64,000 nt of DNA, taken from the NCBI GenBank assembly GCA_963715435.1, contig OY970243.1, positions 1,716,320-1,780,319 on the forward strand. Direction: 5' to 3'. Under the pieces are notes generated by a model that saw only the letters and a program-made list of their open reading frames with translations, had not been told where the DNA came from and did no database searches. Positions 20,106 through 30,078 of this stretch are shown here, one piece after another. Source of the DNA: Vulcanimicrobiota bacterium. Lineage in GTDB: Bacteria > Vulcanimicrobiota > Vulcanimicrobiia > Vulcanimicrobiales > Vulcanimicrobiaceae. Made by a program: the position numbers and the translations under genes. Numbering within the stretch: the first letter of the stretch is position 1; the number at the start of each line of letters is the position of its first letter.

Positions 20106-20939
20106 ATGGCGCATGCAATTTGGTCCGGAGCAATCAATTTTGGGCTGGTAACGATCCCGGTGAAGTTGTTCACCGCCGTGAAAACCGACGAGCTGTCTTT
20201 CAACCTGCTGCACAAAAAGGACGAAGGCCGCATCAAGTACGAGCGCGTCTGCAGCGTTGAAGAGAAGCCCGTTCCGTGGGACGAGATCGTCAAGGGATAC
20301 GAGTACGAGAAGGGCGAGTACGTCATTCTCACCGACGAAGATTTCAAGAAGGTCAATCCGGAAGCGACGCAATCCGTCGACATTTTGGAGTTCGTCGAAA
20401 TCGAGAAGATCAATCCGATGTTCTTCGACAAGCCGTACTATCTCGAGCCGACCAAGCAGGGACGCCACGCCTACGCGCTATTGCGAGAAGCGCTGCAACA
20501 CAGCAGCCGCGTCGCCATAGCGCGGGTGGTTATTCGCACCAAAGAGTACATCGCCGCGGTAAAGCCGGTCGATGACGCGCTCGTTCTCGAGCTCATGCAC
20601 TGGGCGGGCGAGATCGTCGATTCCGGTTCCCTCGATCTTCCCGAACATACCAAGCTTCCGGAAGCGGAAATGAAAATGGCGCGCATGCTCATCGACACGA
20701 TGACCGTCGACGAGTTCGAGCCCGAGAAGTTCAACAACAAATATCACGACGAGCTGCTTGCGATGATCGAAGCGCGCGCCGCCGGCAAAGAACTGCCCAC
20801 ACCGAAGAAGGTTTCGAAACCTTCGAAGGTGGTCAACCTCATGGACGTGCTTACACAATCGCTGGAACAAAGCAAGAAGCGCCGCACCGCCTCTCAAGAC
20901 AAACCTGCGCCAAAACGCAAGAAAAAGACTGCCGCTTAA
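20106..20939 (+). CDS. ku: Ku DNA end-binding protein
   Basis: MAHAIWSGAINFGLVTIPVKLFTAV and the YEYEKGEYV core, with a basic Lys-rich C-terminal tail. Confidence 0.95.
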   Translation: MAHAIWSGAINFGLVTIPVKLFTAVKTDELSFNLLHKKDEGRIKYERVCSVEEKPVPWDEIVKGYEYEKGEYVILTDEDFKKVNPEATQSVDILEFVEIEKINPMFFDKPYYLEPTKQGRHAYALLREALQHSSRVAIARVVIRTKEYIAAVKPVDDALVLELMHWAGEIVDSGSLDLPEHTKLPEAEMKMARMLIDTMTVDEFEPEKFNNKYHDELLAMIEARAAGKELPTPKKVSKPSKVVNLMDVLTQSLEQSKKRRTASQDKPAPKRKKKTAA

Positions 20940-20945
20940 AACCTC

Positions 20946-21008
20946 GGGGTGTCCCGGCCTCACTAATTTTCAGGTTAATCGTTCGGCCGGGACACCCGCT
21001 GGCTTTTT
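20946..21008. terminator. bidirectional stem-loop between convergent ku and AIM24-like genes
   Basis: ggggtgtcccggcc (20946-20959) pairs with ggccgggacaccc (20985-20997), a 13-bp GC-rich stem with a 25-nt AT-rich loop. It is followed by gctggcttttt on the plus strand and by gaggtttt on the minus strand. Confidence 0.5.
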
Positions 21009-21050
21009 AATAGCGGCTTTTCTTGGTTTTAGCTTCGGTTTGTCTCTCGC

Positions 21051-21815
21051 TTATTTCCCGAACATGTCCTTTAGCACGGCGCCGGCGATGCCGCCGGCGA
21101 TACCTGCTTGGGTGGTTTGCGTTACGGCTTCTTTGCCCATGTACGGCATGAGGGCGTGCGCGAGGTTGGGCAGCGTTAGCGTTTGGAGCCACACCTTTCC
21201 GGGACCGGTGAGATGCGCGATGAAGAGTCCGTCGCCACCGAAGAGCGCGTTGGTGATGCCGCGCATCATGCGAATGTCGAAGTTGACGGAATCTTGGAAC
21301 ATGCCGATGTGGCCGGGATGAACTTGAATCGACTCGCCCGGCTGAAGATCGTAGATCACGATCTCTCCGCCGAGCTCGACCCAGGCGCTGCACGTGCCCG
21401 CGAGCTTTTGCAAAACGAAACCGTTGCCGCCGAAGATGCCGGCGCCGAGCGACTGCTGGAATCCGATGGAGAGTTCGAGACCCTGCGTCGCGCAGAGAAA
21501 GCCGTGCCGGTGAATCATGAAACCGTGATCCGGCTGCACGTCGACTTGTAGGATTTGGCCCGGCACCTTTGCGGCGAAGGCGATTAAGCCGTTTCCGCCC
21601 GGTGCTGTGTATTCCGTCATGAAGATGCCGCCGCCGGAGAGCGCGCGGCCGAGCACGCCGAAGATACCTTTTGCCCCGGCGGTCATGGTCGTCGTCTTGA
21701 GCGCAACGTTTTCGGTCATCCACGAAAACTCGCCGGGTTCGGCGACGACCGTGTCACCCGGTTCGAGCCCGATCTCGAGAACGGGCAAGGTGGTTCCCGT
21801 GATCTTGCTTTTCAT
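21051..21815 (-). CDS. AIM24/TIGR00266-family protein
   Basis: [21 protein letters not shown]...AEPGEFSWM and GPGKVWLQT are characteristic of the DUF124/AIM24 fold. Confidence 0.8.
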   Translation of the reverse strand: MKSKITGTTLPVLEIGLEPGDTVVAEPGEFSWMTENVALKTTTMTAGAKGIFGVLGRALSGGGIFMTEYTAPGGNGLIAFAAKVPGQILQVDVQPDHGFMIHRHGFLCATQGLELSIGFQQSLGAGIFGGNGFVLQKLAGTCSAWVELGGEIVIYDLQPGESIQVHPGHIGMFQDSVNFDIRMMRGITNALFGGDGLFIAHLTGPGKVWLQTLTLPNLAHALMPYMGKEAVTQTTQAGIAGGIAGAVLKDMFGK

Positions 21816-23029
21816 TATTCAAGCGCCTCCTTGAGGGTGGACGAGGCCTGTTCGCCGCGCGCGCTCGCAATACCCATCGCGAACGCGAGCACCGCAAATC
21901 CCAGCGATTCAACGCTGGCAAAGCGCGCGCCGTAGGTAGCCAGCAAACCGGTCGAGATTGGCGGCGCGACGATACCCGATAGCGAGTCCAGCGAAGAACT
22001 CGTGCCGAGCACCATGCCTTGCTCGCGGTCCGAAGCGGTGTTGCTAATCAACGCGGTGATGCCGGTGTTGGTGAACGCCATTCCGATGGAAAACAGCACC
22101 ATCGTTACGAGCATCGTTGCAAGTGTATGAACGAACGGGACGCCTGCAAACGATCCGACGAGCGATGCGAGCCCAACGTTCGACATGGCTCGGTCGCCAA
22201 GTCGCGCGGATGCGCGGCCCACCACGAAGCCGTTCATTGCGACGTTGAACACGGCAAACGCAGAGAACAGATAATCCGTCTCGGTGAGCCCGTAACCCAA
22301 CTGGCGCTGTAAAAAGAGCGCGAAGGCGGCGAACCATCCGTACTGCCCTAACGAGATCGCAAGTTTCTGCCAGAGGAGACGGCCCAAGCGCGGGCGGCGG
22401 AAGGAGGCCAGGATTTCGCCCAAGCCGATGCTTTTTGACTCTGCTTCTTTGGCCTTTGTACGCGATTCGGGCAGCATGACGATGGTGAGCACCAGCGTTA
22501 CGAACTGCAGTGCAGCCGCCGCCAAGAACGGCACTGCAAACCCGAAGTGCGCAAACAGAATTCCTCCGGCGAACGGTCCGAAAACCATGCCGGCGGCAAA
22601 CATCGCCATGATGTAGCCAAATGCGCGCGACCGTTCCTTCGGCGCGACGAGATCGGCGACGTATGCTTGCGTAATGCTGATGTTGCCGCCGGATATACCT
22701 TCCACGATGCGCGCGACGAAGACGACGCCCATAACGGGTAACGCGAGACTCGCCGCGATATTGGGAGCAACGCCCAGCATCGCCCAACCTAGCGTAGCCC
22801 CAATCTGGCTGATGATGAGCACCATCTTGCGGCCGATCCGATCGGAAACGTTGCCCCACAGCGGCGCCGAGACGAGCTGGCAGAACGAAAACGTCGCGAA
22901 GAGCATGCCGACAACCAAGGCCGACGCGCCAAAATGCGTCACGAAATACGGCAGCATCGGAATCAGCATGCTGAAACCGAGAATGTCGATGAACGTAACG
23001 CCGAGGATCGGTAGAAGCTTACGTATCAT
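21815..23029 (-). CDS. MFS transporter
   Basis: 12 TM helices and the [10 protein letters not shown] loop 2-3 MFS signature. Confidence 0.85.
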   Translation of the reverse strand: MIRKLLPILGVTFIDILGFSMLIPMLPYFVTHFGASALVVGMLFATFSFCQLVSAPLWGNVSDRIGRKMVLIISQIGATLGWAMLGVAPNIAASLALPVMGVVFVARIVEGISGGNISITQAYVADLVAPKERSRAFGYIMAMFAAGMVFGPFAGGILFAHFGFAVPFLAAAALQFVTLVLTIVMLPESRTKAKEAESKSIGLGEILASFRRPRLGRLLWQKLAISLGQYGWFAAFALFLQRQLGYGLTETDYLFSAFAVFNVAMNGFVVGRASARLGDRAMSNVGLASLVGSFAGVPFVHTLATMLVTMVLFSIGMAFTNTGITALISNTASDREQGMVLGTSSSLDSLSGIVAPPISTGLLATYGARFASVESLGFAVLAFAMGIASARGEQASSTLKEALE

Positions 23030-23982
23030 TCGGGCGACTCTACCGGCAAGATTATCGGTGAGAGTCGCTCGCTCTTGCGAAGGAGGTCCAGTTTGTACGG
23101 CCGGCTCAAGTCAATGGTGGTCATGAGGCGGTGCAGGGCATCGAGTCCCGTCAAGCGCTGGCCTTCTAGCGCAACGAGAACGTCGCCCGCTTGCAAACGG
23201 GCCGTATCGGCGGGACTTCCGGGTTCCACCGAATCCACCAGAATTGCGCGACGATCGTCGAGCCCGAAGCGTCGCGCGGCCGCGGGTGCAAGCACGACGT
23301 CCTGCGCGGCAATTCCAAGATAGCCCCGTCGCACCTTGCCGTCGCGGATCAACAGTGCGGCGACGTGCTTAGCCGTATTGACGCCGATCGCGAAGCATAA
23401 ACCCTGTCCGGGAAGAACGGCCGTGTTGACCCCGACCACGTTTCCGTCGCTCGTAACGAGCGGTCCGCCGGAGTTGCCTGGGTTGAGCGCAGCGTCCGTT
23501 TGGACGATGTTGTCCATCATGCGTCCCGACTGCGATCGCAGGCTGCGGCCGAGCGCGCTGACGACGCCGGCCGTTACGGTATACGCGAGTCCGAACGGAT
23601 TTCCGACCGCGATGACGAGTTGTCCGGGTCGCAACGCCGACGAATCGCCAAGCGTTGCGTACGCGAGCTCCGGCGCGTCGATGCGCACCACCGCCAAGTC
23701 CGAATGCGGATCATCGCCGACGAGTCGCGCCGGCAACTCGCGTCCGTCGAGCAGCGCCGCCGTGACTTGATCGGCTCCATGCACCACGTGGCTATTGGTC
23801 AATACGAAGCCGTCAGGAGTAAAGATGAAGCCCGATCCGTTTCCGCCGCGGCGTCCGCTGCGTGCCTCGATGCAGACGACGGCCGGACTGACGCGCTCGG
23901 CCGCCGCGGTGACGGCTTCAGAATAGGGGTCGAGGAGGGCCGGTGCTTGCGCGCCTACGAGACTAAGAGGCATGGTGGTCAC
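23026..23982 (-). CDS. S1C (HtrA/DegP-like) serine protease with PDZ domain
   Basis: Catalytic triad context TNSHVV, DLAV and GNSGGPL. C-terminal PDZ domain ([18 protein letters not shown]). Confidence 0.85.
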   Translation of the reverse strand: MTTMPLSLVGAQAPALLDPYSEAVTAAAERVSPAVVCIEARSGRRGGNGSGFIFTPDGFVLTNSHVVHGADQVTAALLDGRELPARLVGDDPHSDLAVVRIDAPELAYATLGDSSALRPGQLVIAVGNPFGLAYTVTAGVVSALGRSLRSQSGRMMDNIVQTDAALNPGNSGGPLVTSDGNVVGVNTAVLPGQGLCFAIGVNTAKHVAALLIRDGKVRRGYLGIAAQDVVLAPAAARRFGLDDRRAILVDSVEPGSPADTARLQAGDVLVALEGQRLTGLDALHRLMTTIDLSRPYKLDLLRKSERLSPIILPVESPE

Positions 23983-24058
23983 TCAGAACCGCTACTGCAA
24001 CGGCCGGTTGCGGGCAGGTGCCCATTCGGGCGGCGCGAATCGGGTCCGGTCGCTGCTT

Positions 24059-24145
24059 GCCCAGATGGCGGAATTGGTAGACGCGCTGGTTTCAGGTACC
24101 AGTGGTGGCAACATCGTGGGGGTTCGAGTCCCTTTCTGGGCACCA
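24059..24145 (+). tRNA. tRNA-Leu (anticodon CAG), type II with long variable arm, CCA encoded
   Basis: Acceptor stem GCCCAGA/TCTGGGC. Anticodon arm CTGGT-TTCAGGT-ACCAG. T-loop GGTTCGAGTCC. Long variable arm and a 3' ACCA. Confidence 0.9.
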
Positions 24146-24178
24146 AAATAAAAAGCGTACTTGCGACGCTTTTATTTT
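24146..24178. terminator. A-tract/T-tract hairpin directly after tRNA-Leu
   Basis: aaataaaaagcgt-acttgcg-acgcttttatttt. The GC core of the stem is short (4 bp), so termination may be weak or bidirectional. Confidence 0.4.
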
Positions 24179-24280
24179 GCGCCGTAAGCAGAGCAAGCTG
24201 CATCAAAAAACGCTCAAACGTTGACGAGACACGTTTTCGAGCAAGTGCCTTCGAGGCGGCGCGGTGAATAATCGCCGTGT

Positions 24281-26350
24281 ATGCATAGAGTCGTTTTCTT
24301 CATTTTCGCGCTACTGACAGCGCTGATCGTTCCATTGCCGATGGTGGCCGCGGACGCGGTTCCGCTTCAACCGGCTCATCCCACCCAGATCGATTGGAAC
24401 CTCACGCCCGAACAAATAACATCGACGTGCACTGCGCAGATCGCGGCCTTTGACGCTGCCGTGAAGCAGGTCATGGCGGTCCGCGGCCGACGCACGTTTC
24501 AGAATACGCTGCTTCCGCTCGAAAATGCGGAATCCGATTTGAACGACCGCTTGGTCGCCCAGGGCTTTCTCTTCAATATGGCCATCGACAAACCCGTACG
24601 CGACGCTTCCGATCGCTGCAACATCGCCCAAAGCGATTACTTTTCAGCCTTCGGAGCGCGGCCGGACGTTTATCGCGCGCTGGTCGAGGTCCAGCGCAGC
24701 GGCACCGCGCGCACCGATGCCGACAAGAAGCTTTTGGAGTACTACCTCGTGAGCGCGCGCCAGTCCGGAGCCGGGCTTTCTCCGGAGAAGCGTAAGTCGT
24801 TCATCGCTCTCTCCAACGAACTGACCGATCTGGGCAGCAAGTGGGAGGAAACCCTAAACAACGACGCTGCCACGGTCAACATCACGTCCGAGCAAGCGCA
24901 AAGTTTGCCGTTGGGATTCGTAAAGACGCTGACTCGGAACGCGGACGGTGCGTATACGGTTAAGGTAAACGAAAGCACGGTTACCCCGTTTCTGCAGAAC
25001 GAGCGCGACGCCGCGGCCCGAAAAACTTACTACATCGCCTATAACAATCGCGCCGTGGCCAACGTCGCGGTGCTCGAAAATGCTATCCGCGTGCGATATC
25101 GGCTGGCGCGTTTGCTCGGATACGACTCGTGGGCGGCATACCGATTGGCCGACCGTATGGCCAAAACACCCGAACGCGTGCTCACGTTCGAACGTTCGCT
25201 GGACGCAAAGCTGCTGCCGCAAGCCAAGCTCGATCTCGCCGGATTAGCTCAGCTCAAAGCAAACGACACCGGCGATGTCAACGCGAGCATCGACCCGTGG
25301 GACGTCTCCTATTACTACAATCAGCTAATCAAGACGAAGTATTCGGTGGATAACGAAAAAATACGTCAATATTTTCCGGTCGACGTCGTCATCGATCGCA
25401 TCATGAACCTCTATCACAAGATCCTTGGCGTGACGTTCGTGAAGGTTTCCGATCCCGAGGCTTGGGCGCCTGACGTCATTAGCTACAACGTCTTCGACAC
25501 CAAGAGCGGCAAGTTTGTCGGCACTACCTATTTCGATCTCTATCCTCGGCCCGGCAAGTTCTCGCACTTTGCGAACTGGCCGCTGCTGCCCGCCCGTAAA
25601 CTGCGCGACGGAACGTATCGTCCGCCCGTGACGGCTATCTTGGGCAACTGGCCGCGCCCTGCGCCGGGTTCGCCCGCGTTGCTTTCGCATCAAGACGTGA
25701 TTACGTTCTTCCACGAGTTCGGACATAACTTGGCGGCACTGCTCGGGACCGCCCCTTACGAAACGCTTAGCGGCGGATTCCGTCAGGATTTCGTCGAGGC
25801 GCCTTCGCAGATGCTGGAAAACTTCATGTGGGAGCCGTCGATTCTCAAAGAAATCAGTTCAAACGTCACGACCGGATCTCCGCTGCCCGACGATCTGATC
25901 GCGAAAATGGTCGCGGCCCGTTACGTCGACGAGGCATACTTCACGGTCGGCCAGATCAAACTCGGAATGGTGGACATGGCGTATCACTCGTCCGGGCCGA
26001 ACGTCGATACGACGTCCGTTTGGGGGCAAATCTCGTCTGAATACACTCCGCTTGCAATGGTTCCGGGAACGCATCCGCAAGCCTCGTTCGGACATCTCTT
26101 CGGTTACGATGCGGGTTACTATAGCTATTTGTGGGCGCTCGTCTATGCACAAGACATGTTCACGGCGTTCAAGAACGGCGGCCTGGAAAATCCGGCCGTC
26201 GGAATGCGCTACCGTGAAACCATTCTGGAGCCGGCGCGCACGTACGAACCCGATGTAGAAGTTCGTAACTTCCTAGGGCGCCCGATGAGTACGGATGCGT
26301 TTTACAAGCAGTTCGTGACGGCTCCGGAGCCCACAGCAACGCCGCACTAA
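24281..26350 (+). CDS. M3-family zinc oligopeptidase (thimet/Dcp-like), secreted
   Basis: Signal peptide, HEFGH zinc motif (FFHEFGHNLAALL) and the downstream E ligand region (FVEAPSQMLENF). Confidence 0.85.
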   Translation: MHRVVFFIFALLTALIVPLPMVAADAVPLQPAHPTQIDWNLTPEQITSTCTAQIAAFDAAVKQVMAVRGRRTFQNTLLPLENAESDLNDRLVAQGFLFNMAIDKPVRDASDRCNIAQSDYFSAFGARPDVYRALVEVQRSGTARTDADKKLLEYYLVSARQSGAGLSPEKRKSFIALSNELTDLGSKWEETLNNDAATVNITSEQAQSLPLGFVKTLTRNADGAYTVKVNESTVTPFLQNERDAAARKTYYIAYNNRAVANVAVLENAIRVRYRLARLLGYDSWAAYRLADRMAKTPERVLTFERSLDAKLLPQAKLDLAGLAQLKANDTGDVNASIDPWDVSYYYNQLIKTKYSVDNEKIRQYFPVDVVIDRIMNLYHKILGVTFVKVSDPEAWAPDVISYNVFDTKSGKFVGTTYFDLYPRPGKFSHFANWPLLPARKLRDGTYRPPVTAILGNWPRPAPGSPALLSHQDVITFFHEFGHNLAALLGTAPYETLSGGFRQDFVEAPSQMLENFMWEPSILKEISSNVTTGSPLPDDLIAKMVAARYVDEAYFTVGQIKLGMVDMAYHSSGPNVDTTSVWGQISSEYTPLAMVPGTHPQASFGHLFGYDAGYYSYLWALVYAQDMFTAFKNGGLENPAVGMRYRETILEPARTYEPDVEVRNFLGRPMSTDAFYKQFVTAPEPTATPH

Positions 26351-26520
26351 CGAGCCTGCCAGGACGGATGAAGAGCCTTCGCCGGTCAAACCACCCCGTA
26401 CACGACGACGATGCCGATCGTCAGAGCTGCCGCGTGCCTGCGCTAACCGTCGTCTTGCTCGTAGCGCTGGCCGTAGCAGCTCTTACACTTTTACATTGGA
26501 AGAGGTTCTAGCAACCTCGC

Positions 26521-27168
26521 TTACGGTTTGACGTTCGGATTCTTTTCTGCGAATGCACCGTCCGGATTCGGTTTCACCCAAACGATCAGATCCCATATTG
26601 ACGGAAAGTGAAAGATCGTAACGACGTCTTTTGCATCGGGGACCTTTTTCATCGCCACCAGCGTCGCTGCAGTAGGATGGTTCAAATCGCCGCCCGCTTT
26701 GACGAATGCTTGATCCATGACGTAGTGATCGTAGGTCTTTTCCCCAGTCGAGGGATCGATTGCGACCCAGTGAATGTGACCGTCGAACTCGTACCAGCGA
26801 CCGGGATCGACGCCCCACAACGACGGTCGGGCGGGACTGCCGCTGGTCAACACGGAGAAGTCTGCACCCAGCAGCGCACCGTTCTTGTCGTACCACAACT
26901 GGCTGGGGTGCTTTGGATCCGCGGATTGCCACTGGAGATTGGCGTAACTGATTGCGCCGGTGTTATCTTCGTTGGTGTAGCGAATGTAGCCGGCACGTTC
27001 GGCATCAGCGGCAGTTGGGAAGCGTGCCATGAGATCGCGCTGAATCGCCGCGACGAAGGCCGCCTCCGACTGGGAGGGCATTCCGGTCTTGGTCGGGTTC
27101 TGGTCGGCCGAGGCGGCCGCCGCGGTCAAGGCGATGGCGGCGAACAGGGCACATGCAAAGCGTTTCAT
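26521..27168 (-). CDS. hypothetical secreted protein
   Basis: ATG at M14 of ORF 26521..27207 gives the signal peptide MKRFACALFAAIALTAAAASA. No family recognised. Confidence 0.5.
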   Translation of the reverse strand: MKRFACALFAAIALTAAAASADQNPTKTGMPSQSEAAFVAAIQRDLMARFPTAADAERAGYIRYTNEDNTGAISYANLQWQSADPKHPSQLWYDKNGALLGADFSVLTSGSPARPSLWGVDPGRWYEFDGHIHWVAIDPSTGEKTYDHYVMDQAFVKAGGDLNHPTAATLVAMKKVPDAKDVVTIFHFPSIWDLIVWVKPNPDGAFAEKNPNVKP

Positions 27169-27249
27169 CGTCCGATTGTAGGTGTGTCCCGTCACCGGTT
27201 CCATCAACGGACTCTCAAAGTTGCGCCTATACGAAACGCCGGCGAGCGG

Positions 27250-28506
27250 CTAGGGTCCGAAGTCGGCTCTGAAGACGTAGGTGCCTTCGACCGCTTGGCA
27301 GTTAACTCGCTTCGGGGAGTACGTCGATTTCTCGGCAGCGGTCAGTACGGCGTTGTCGACGACCGCATCTCCGCTCGATTTATAGATCTTTGCGCTTGCG
27401 ATTTTACCGCTGGGTGCGATCGTTACGGCAACCTGCGCGGAGACTTTTTGCTTAGGCCACTGCGACTTCGGCAAATCGGGAGCCGCCGCATTAACGACCT
27501 CCGGCTCGGCGTAAGGTTTTGCGCACGCCGTCGCAACGAGTGCAGACTGCCCAGCCTGCAGCGGCGCGGCATGTACTGGTGCGGGAACGAGCGTTTGAAA
27601 AACGAGTGTTAGGGCGGCAAAGAGCATGAAGACACCTCCGATAGCGAGATAGTTTACGTGCGCGTTGGCGGCCGGACCGTCGCCCATGAGCCGTTCGATA
27701 CGCGCGACTAGCGCGTTGCGTGATCCGAATGCGCCCGGCGTCAGCAACGGTGAGCCTTTCTCGGCGATTCGTTTTCCCAGCGCAGCCAGGCTGACGGCGT
27801 ATTCGCGGGGCTCGCCGATGCGAAGTGCGGCACGATCGTCGCAGGCCGCCTCGCGTTCGGCCGAGAGCCGGCGCCCCGCGAGCTGCACCCACGGATTCCA
27901 AAAAAAGATGGCTTCGACGATGCGCTGCAGAGCGTTCGCGACGACGTCGCCGCGGCGAACGTGCGCGAGTTCGTGTTCGATCGCGCATCGTAAGTCTTTG
28001 GGATCGAGCGCGCTCGCGAGTTCGGCAGGCAGCAGGATTGCAGCCGACCGTAATCCGGTCGCGACGGGAATCACAAGGTCGCGCGATGTCAAGATCGGAA
28101 CGCTGTCGACGGTGGAGTGCTGCACCGCGCCGCCGATGAGGCGCGCGATGCGATACAGACTTAGGCTTAGCCGTCCCAAACCGATCGACGCTCCCGCGAC
28201 CCACAATGCGGCGACGACGATTTCCAGATGGATATTGGCCGCACCGCTTGCTACGGTTCCGGCAAACACGAACGAATACGTACCGCTTCTCGATTCGAGG
28301 GCGTGCGCGAACGCCGGGGCGAGATACGAGCCGAAACGCGTAAAAAGGGTCAACGCCGGAATCGCAACGAGCGCTGCGAGCGTAATGAGCCAAGCGGCGT
28401 ATCGCGTCGCCGCATCGCGTGAAGGCACGAAGCGCAGCAGCAGGCTGGTCGCCGCAACCGCGATGAGACCCTGCCATAACGAGGTGACGACGAACGTAAC
28501 GATCAT
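27250..28506 (-). CDS. BlaR1/MecR1-type M56 peptidase sensor with C-terminal TonB_C-like domain
   Basis: Four N-terminal TM helices and the zinc motif HELAHVRRGD. The C-terminal ~90 aa (AQVAVTIAPSGKIASAKIYKSSGDAVVDNAV) resemble the TonB C-terminal domain rather than a penicillin-binding domain. Confidence 0.8.
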   Translation of the reverse strand: MIVTFVVTSLWQGLIAVAATSLLLRFVPSRDAATRYAAWLITLAALVAIPALTLFTRFGSYLAPAFAHALESRSGTYSFVFAGTVASGAANIHLEIVVAALWVAGASIGLGRLSLSLYRIARLIGGAVQHSTVDSVPILTSRDLVIPVATGLRSAAILLPAELASALDPKDLRCAIEHELAHVRRGDVVANALQRIVEAIFFWNPWVQLAGRRLSAEREAACDDRAALRIGEPREYAVSLAALGKRIAEKGSPLLTPGAFGSRNALVARIERLMGDGPAANAHVNYLAIGGVFMLFAALTLVFQTLVPAPVHAAPLQAGQSALVATACAKPYAEPEVVNAAAPDLPKSQWPKQKVSAQVAVTIAPSGKIASAKIYKSSGDAVVDNAVLTAAEKSTYSPKRVNCQAVEGTYVFRADFGP

Positions 28507-28907
28507 CCGGTCGCCTTTCGCTTGCGAGCCAGTGCCTTTTGAATCCGGGCTAGATCGTCGCTGCTCAAACGCGCCTCATCGAGCAGCGTCACCGCGAGTT
28601 TGCCCGGAGAGTTTCCGAAAAAGCGGTGCAGCAATTGACGTACGGCCGAATCGGCAGCTTGCGTTCGCGCAACTAGAGGCCGATAGACGAAGGCGCGTCC
28701 CTCTTCATCGTGTGCCACGTAGCCTTTCAGCTCGAGCGTGCGCAGCGTGGAGAGCACCGTGTTATACGCCAGCGGCGGCGATCCGACGCCGGCGGTGACG
28801 TCGGCTACGGTTCCGGTGCCGTTGTTCCACAGCACTTCCATGAGGCGCAGCTCGTGGTCGGTCAAAGTGCTGGAGCGCTTACGCGGCATTGAGGCGCCGG
28901 ACTGCAA
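28503..28907 (-). CDS. BlaI/MecI/CopY-family transcriptional repressor
   Basis: Winged-helix LTDHELRLMEVLWN...TVLSTLRTLELKGYV. 4-nt overlap with the downstream M56 gene. Confidence 0.85.
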   Translation of the reverse strand: MQSGASMPRKRSSTLTDHELRLMEVLWNNGTGTVADVTAGVGSPPLAYNTVLSTLRTLELKGYVAHDEEGRAFVYRPLVARTQAADSAVRQLLHRFFGNSPGKLAVTLLDEARLSSDDLARIQKALARKRKATG

Positions 28908-28925
28908 CTAGTTTCATAGGAGTAG

Positions 28926-28954
28926 ATCCTACGCCGAAAATCGCGGTGTGTCAA
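28926..28954 (-). promoter_or_regulatory. sigma70-like promoter for blaI-blaR1 (TTGACA-17-TAGGAT) flanked by ACTAG-core palindromes
   Basis: The minus strand reads ctagTTGACAcaccgcgattttcggcgTAGGATctact. The 8-bp palindrome AACTAGTT lies between the -10 element and the ATG, with a related AATCTAGTTG just upstream of the -35 element. Confidence 0.4.
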
Positions 28955-28962
28955 CTAGATTA

Positions 28963-29520
28963 CTAAGAGTTCGACTGCCTTGAGGATTCCCAATCGACGC
29001 GCTCGATTGCGTACACGTATATGGGGATGCCCAGCCGGCTTTCGTCGAGCCGCTTGATTCTCGTCATTCCGTTGCGTTCGGCAACGCGCATCGAGGGCTC
29101 GTTGGCAAGCGCGATGAACGAGACGACGCGATCGACGCCCAGATGCTCGAACGCCCAATCGCGGCACGCCCGCGCCGCTTCGGTCGCGTATCCGTTGCCC
29201 CAAGCGTCGGCCGCCAGCATGTACGCGACCTCGACGTCTTCGCGCGCGTCCACGTCGTCCCAATGCAGAAGGCCAATCTGTCCGAGGTACGTCGAGTCGG
29301 AGAGGCGTTCGACGACCAATACCGAGTATCCAATCTGGTCGTACGACCGAAGGATGTTATCGATCATTCGCGCGACGCGATCTTGATCGTAGGTTGCGGG
29401 ATAATAGCGCATGACCAGCGGGTCGCTCGTCAAACGATAGGCGTGCTCGAAGTCGTCCTTGCGGTATCTGCGCAGCCGCAATCGCGCGGTCCGAAGTTCT
29501 TCGAGTGCGGGTCTAGTCAC
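28963..29520 (-). CDS. GNAT N-acetyltransferase (RimJ/RimL-like)
   Basis: GTG at residue 60 of ORF 28963..29697, overlapping the upstream VOC stop by 8 nt. Motifs LRLRRYRKDD and AWGNGYATEAARA. Confidence 0.7.
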   Translation of the reverse strand: MTRPALEELRTARLRLRRYRKDDFEHAYRLTSDPLVMRYYPATYDQDRVARMIDNILRSYDQIGYSVLVVERLSDSTYLGQIGLLHWDDVDAREDVEVAYMLAADAWGNGYATEAARACRDWAFEHLGVDRVVSFIALANEPSMRVAERNGMTRIKRLDESRLGIPIYVYAIERVDWESSRQSNS

Positions 29521-29932
29521 GATCCGTCTGCGGGGCGCTCTGCAGCTCGATCCCGTTACCGCTTGGATCGCGAACGTAAAACGACGTTCGATCGCCTTCG
29601 ACGCGCTCTTCGCCGATTTCGACCCCGTGTGCCGCGAGGTGTGCGCGAAGCGCAGTCGGGTCGTGCGATGCAACCGCGAGCGCGACGTGATCGGCATTGC
29701 GGCCCCCCACGATCGCGGGCCGCGCCCAGGCTCCCGCGGGAGCGGAGATATCGACGAGATCGAGATGCGACGAGCCGGCGCGAAGCTCGATCATCCCGTG
29801 TTGCGGCAAGCGCGTTTCGACCGAACAGCCCGCCACGCGTTCGTAAAAAGCAACCGCCTTCTCCAGATCGACGACGAGAAGCAGGACATGGTCGATTCCC
29901 CGCAACTCGATGGGGCGCGCGCTGTCGCTCAT
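29513..29932 (-). CDS. VOC/glyoxalase-family protein
   Basis: ATG at M53 of ORF 29513..30088. Motifs GIDHVLLLVVDLEKAVAFYE...HVALAV...DPSGNGIELQ match the paired beta-alpha-beta-beta-beta modules of the fold. Confidence 0.75.
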   Translation of the reverse strand: MSDSARPIELRGIDHVLLLVVDLEKAVAFYERVAGCSVETRLPQHGMIELRAGSSHLDLVDISAPAGAWARPAIVGGRNADHVALAVASHDPTALRAHLAAHGVEIGEERVEGDRTSFYVRDPSGNGIELQSAPQTDRD

Positions 29933-30078
29933 TCGGCTCACTTTTACAACCCGGCGGCCGAATCCGGCGTATGCGCCTATTAGGGTTCGGCAGACGGTAT
30001 TGGAAGGGCCCGCGTTCCCTCCGCTACCGCGAGATATACCGGCAGCATTTGAGCCGAGTCCGGCGAAACCGCCCACGC

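Noticed and set aside
23983-26350. tRNA-Leu as a possible integration site for a genomic island
   Set aside because: No integrase, direct repeat of the tRNA 3' end, or mobility gene was seen downstream. The adjacent genes look like ordinary chromosomal peptidase and regulator genes.
26368-26511. 47-aa ORF (MKSLRRSNHPVHDDDADRQSCRVPALTVVLLVALAVAALTLLHWKRF) after the M3 peptidase gene
   Set aside because: It has a tail-anchor-like TM segment, but the AGGA is only 3 nt from the ATG, codon bias is moderate, and nothing else supports it.
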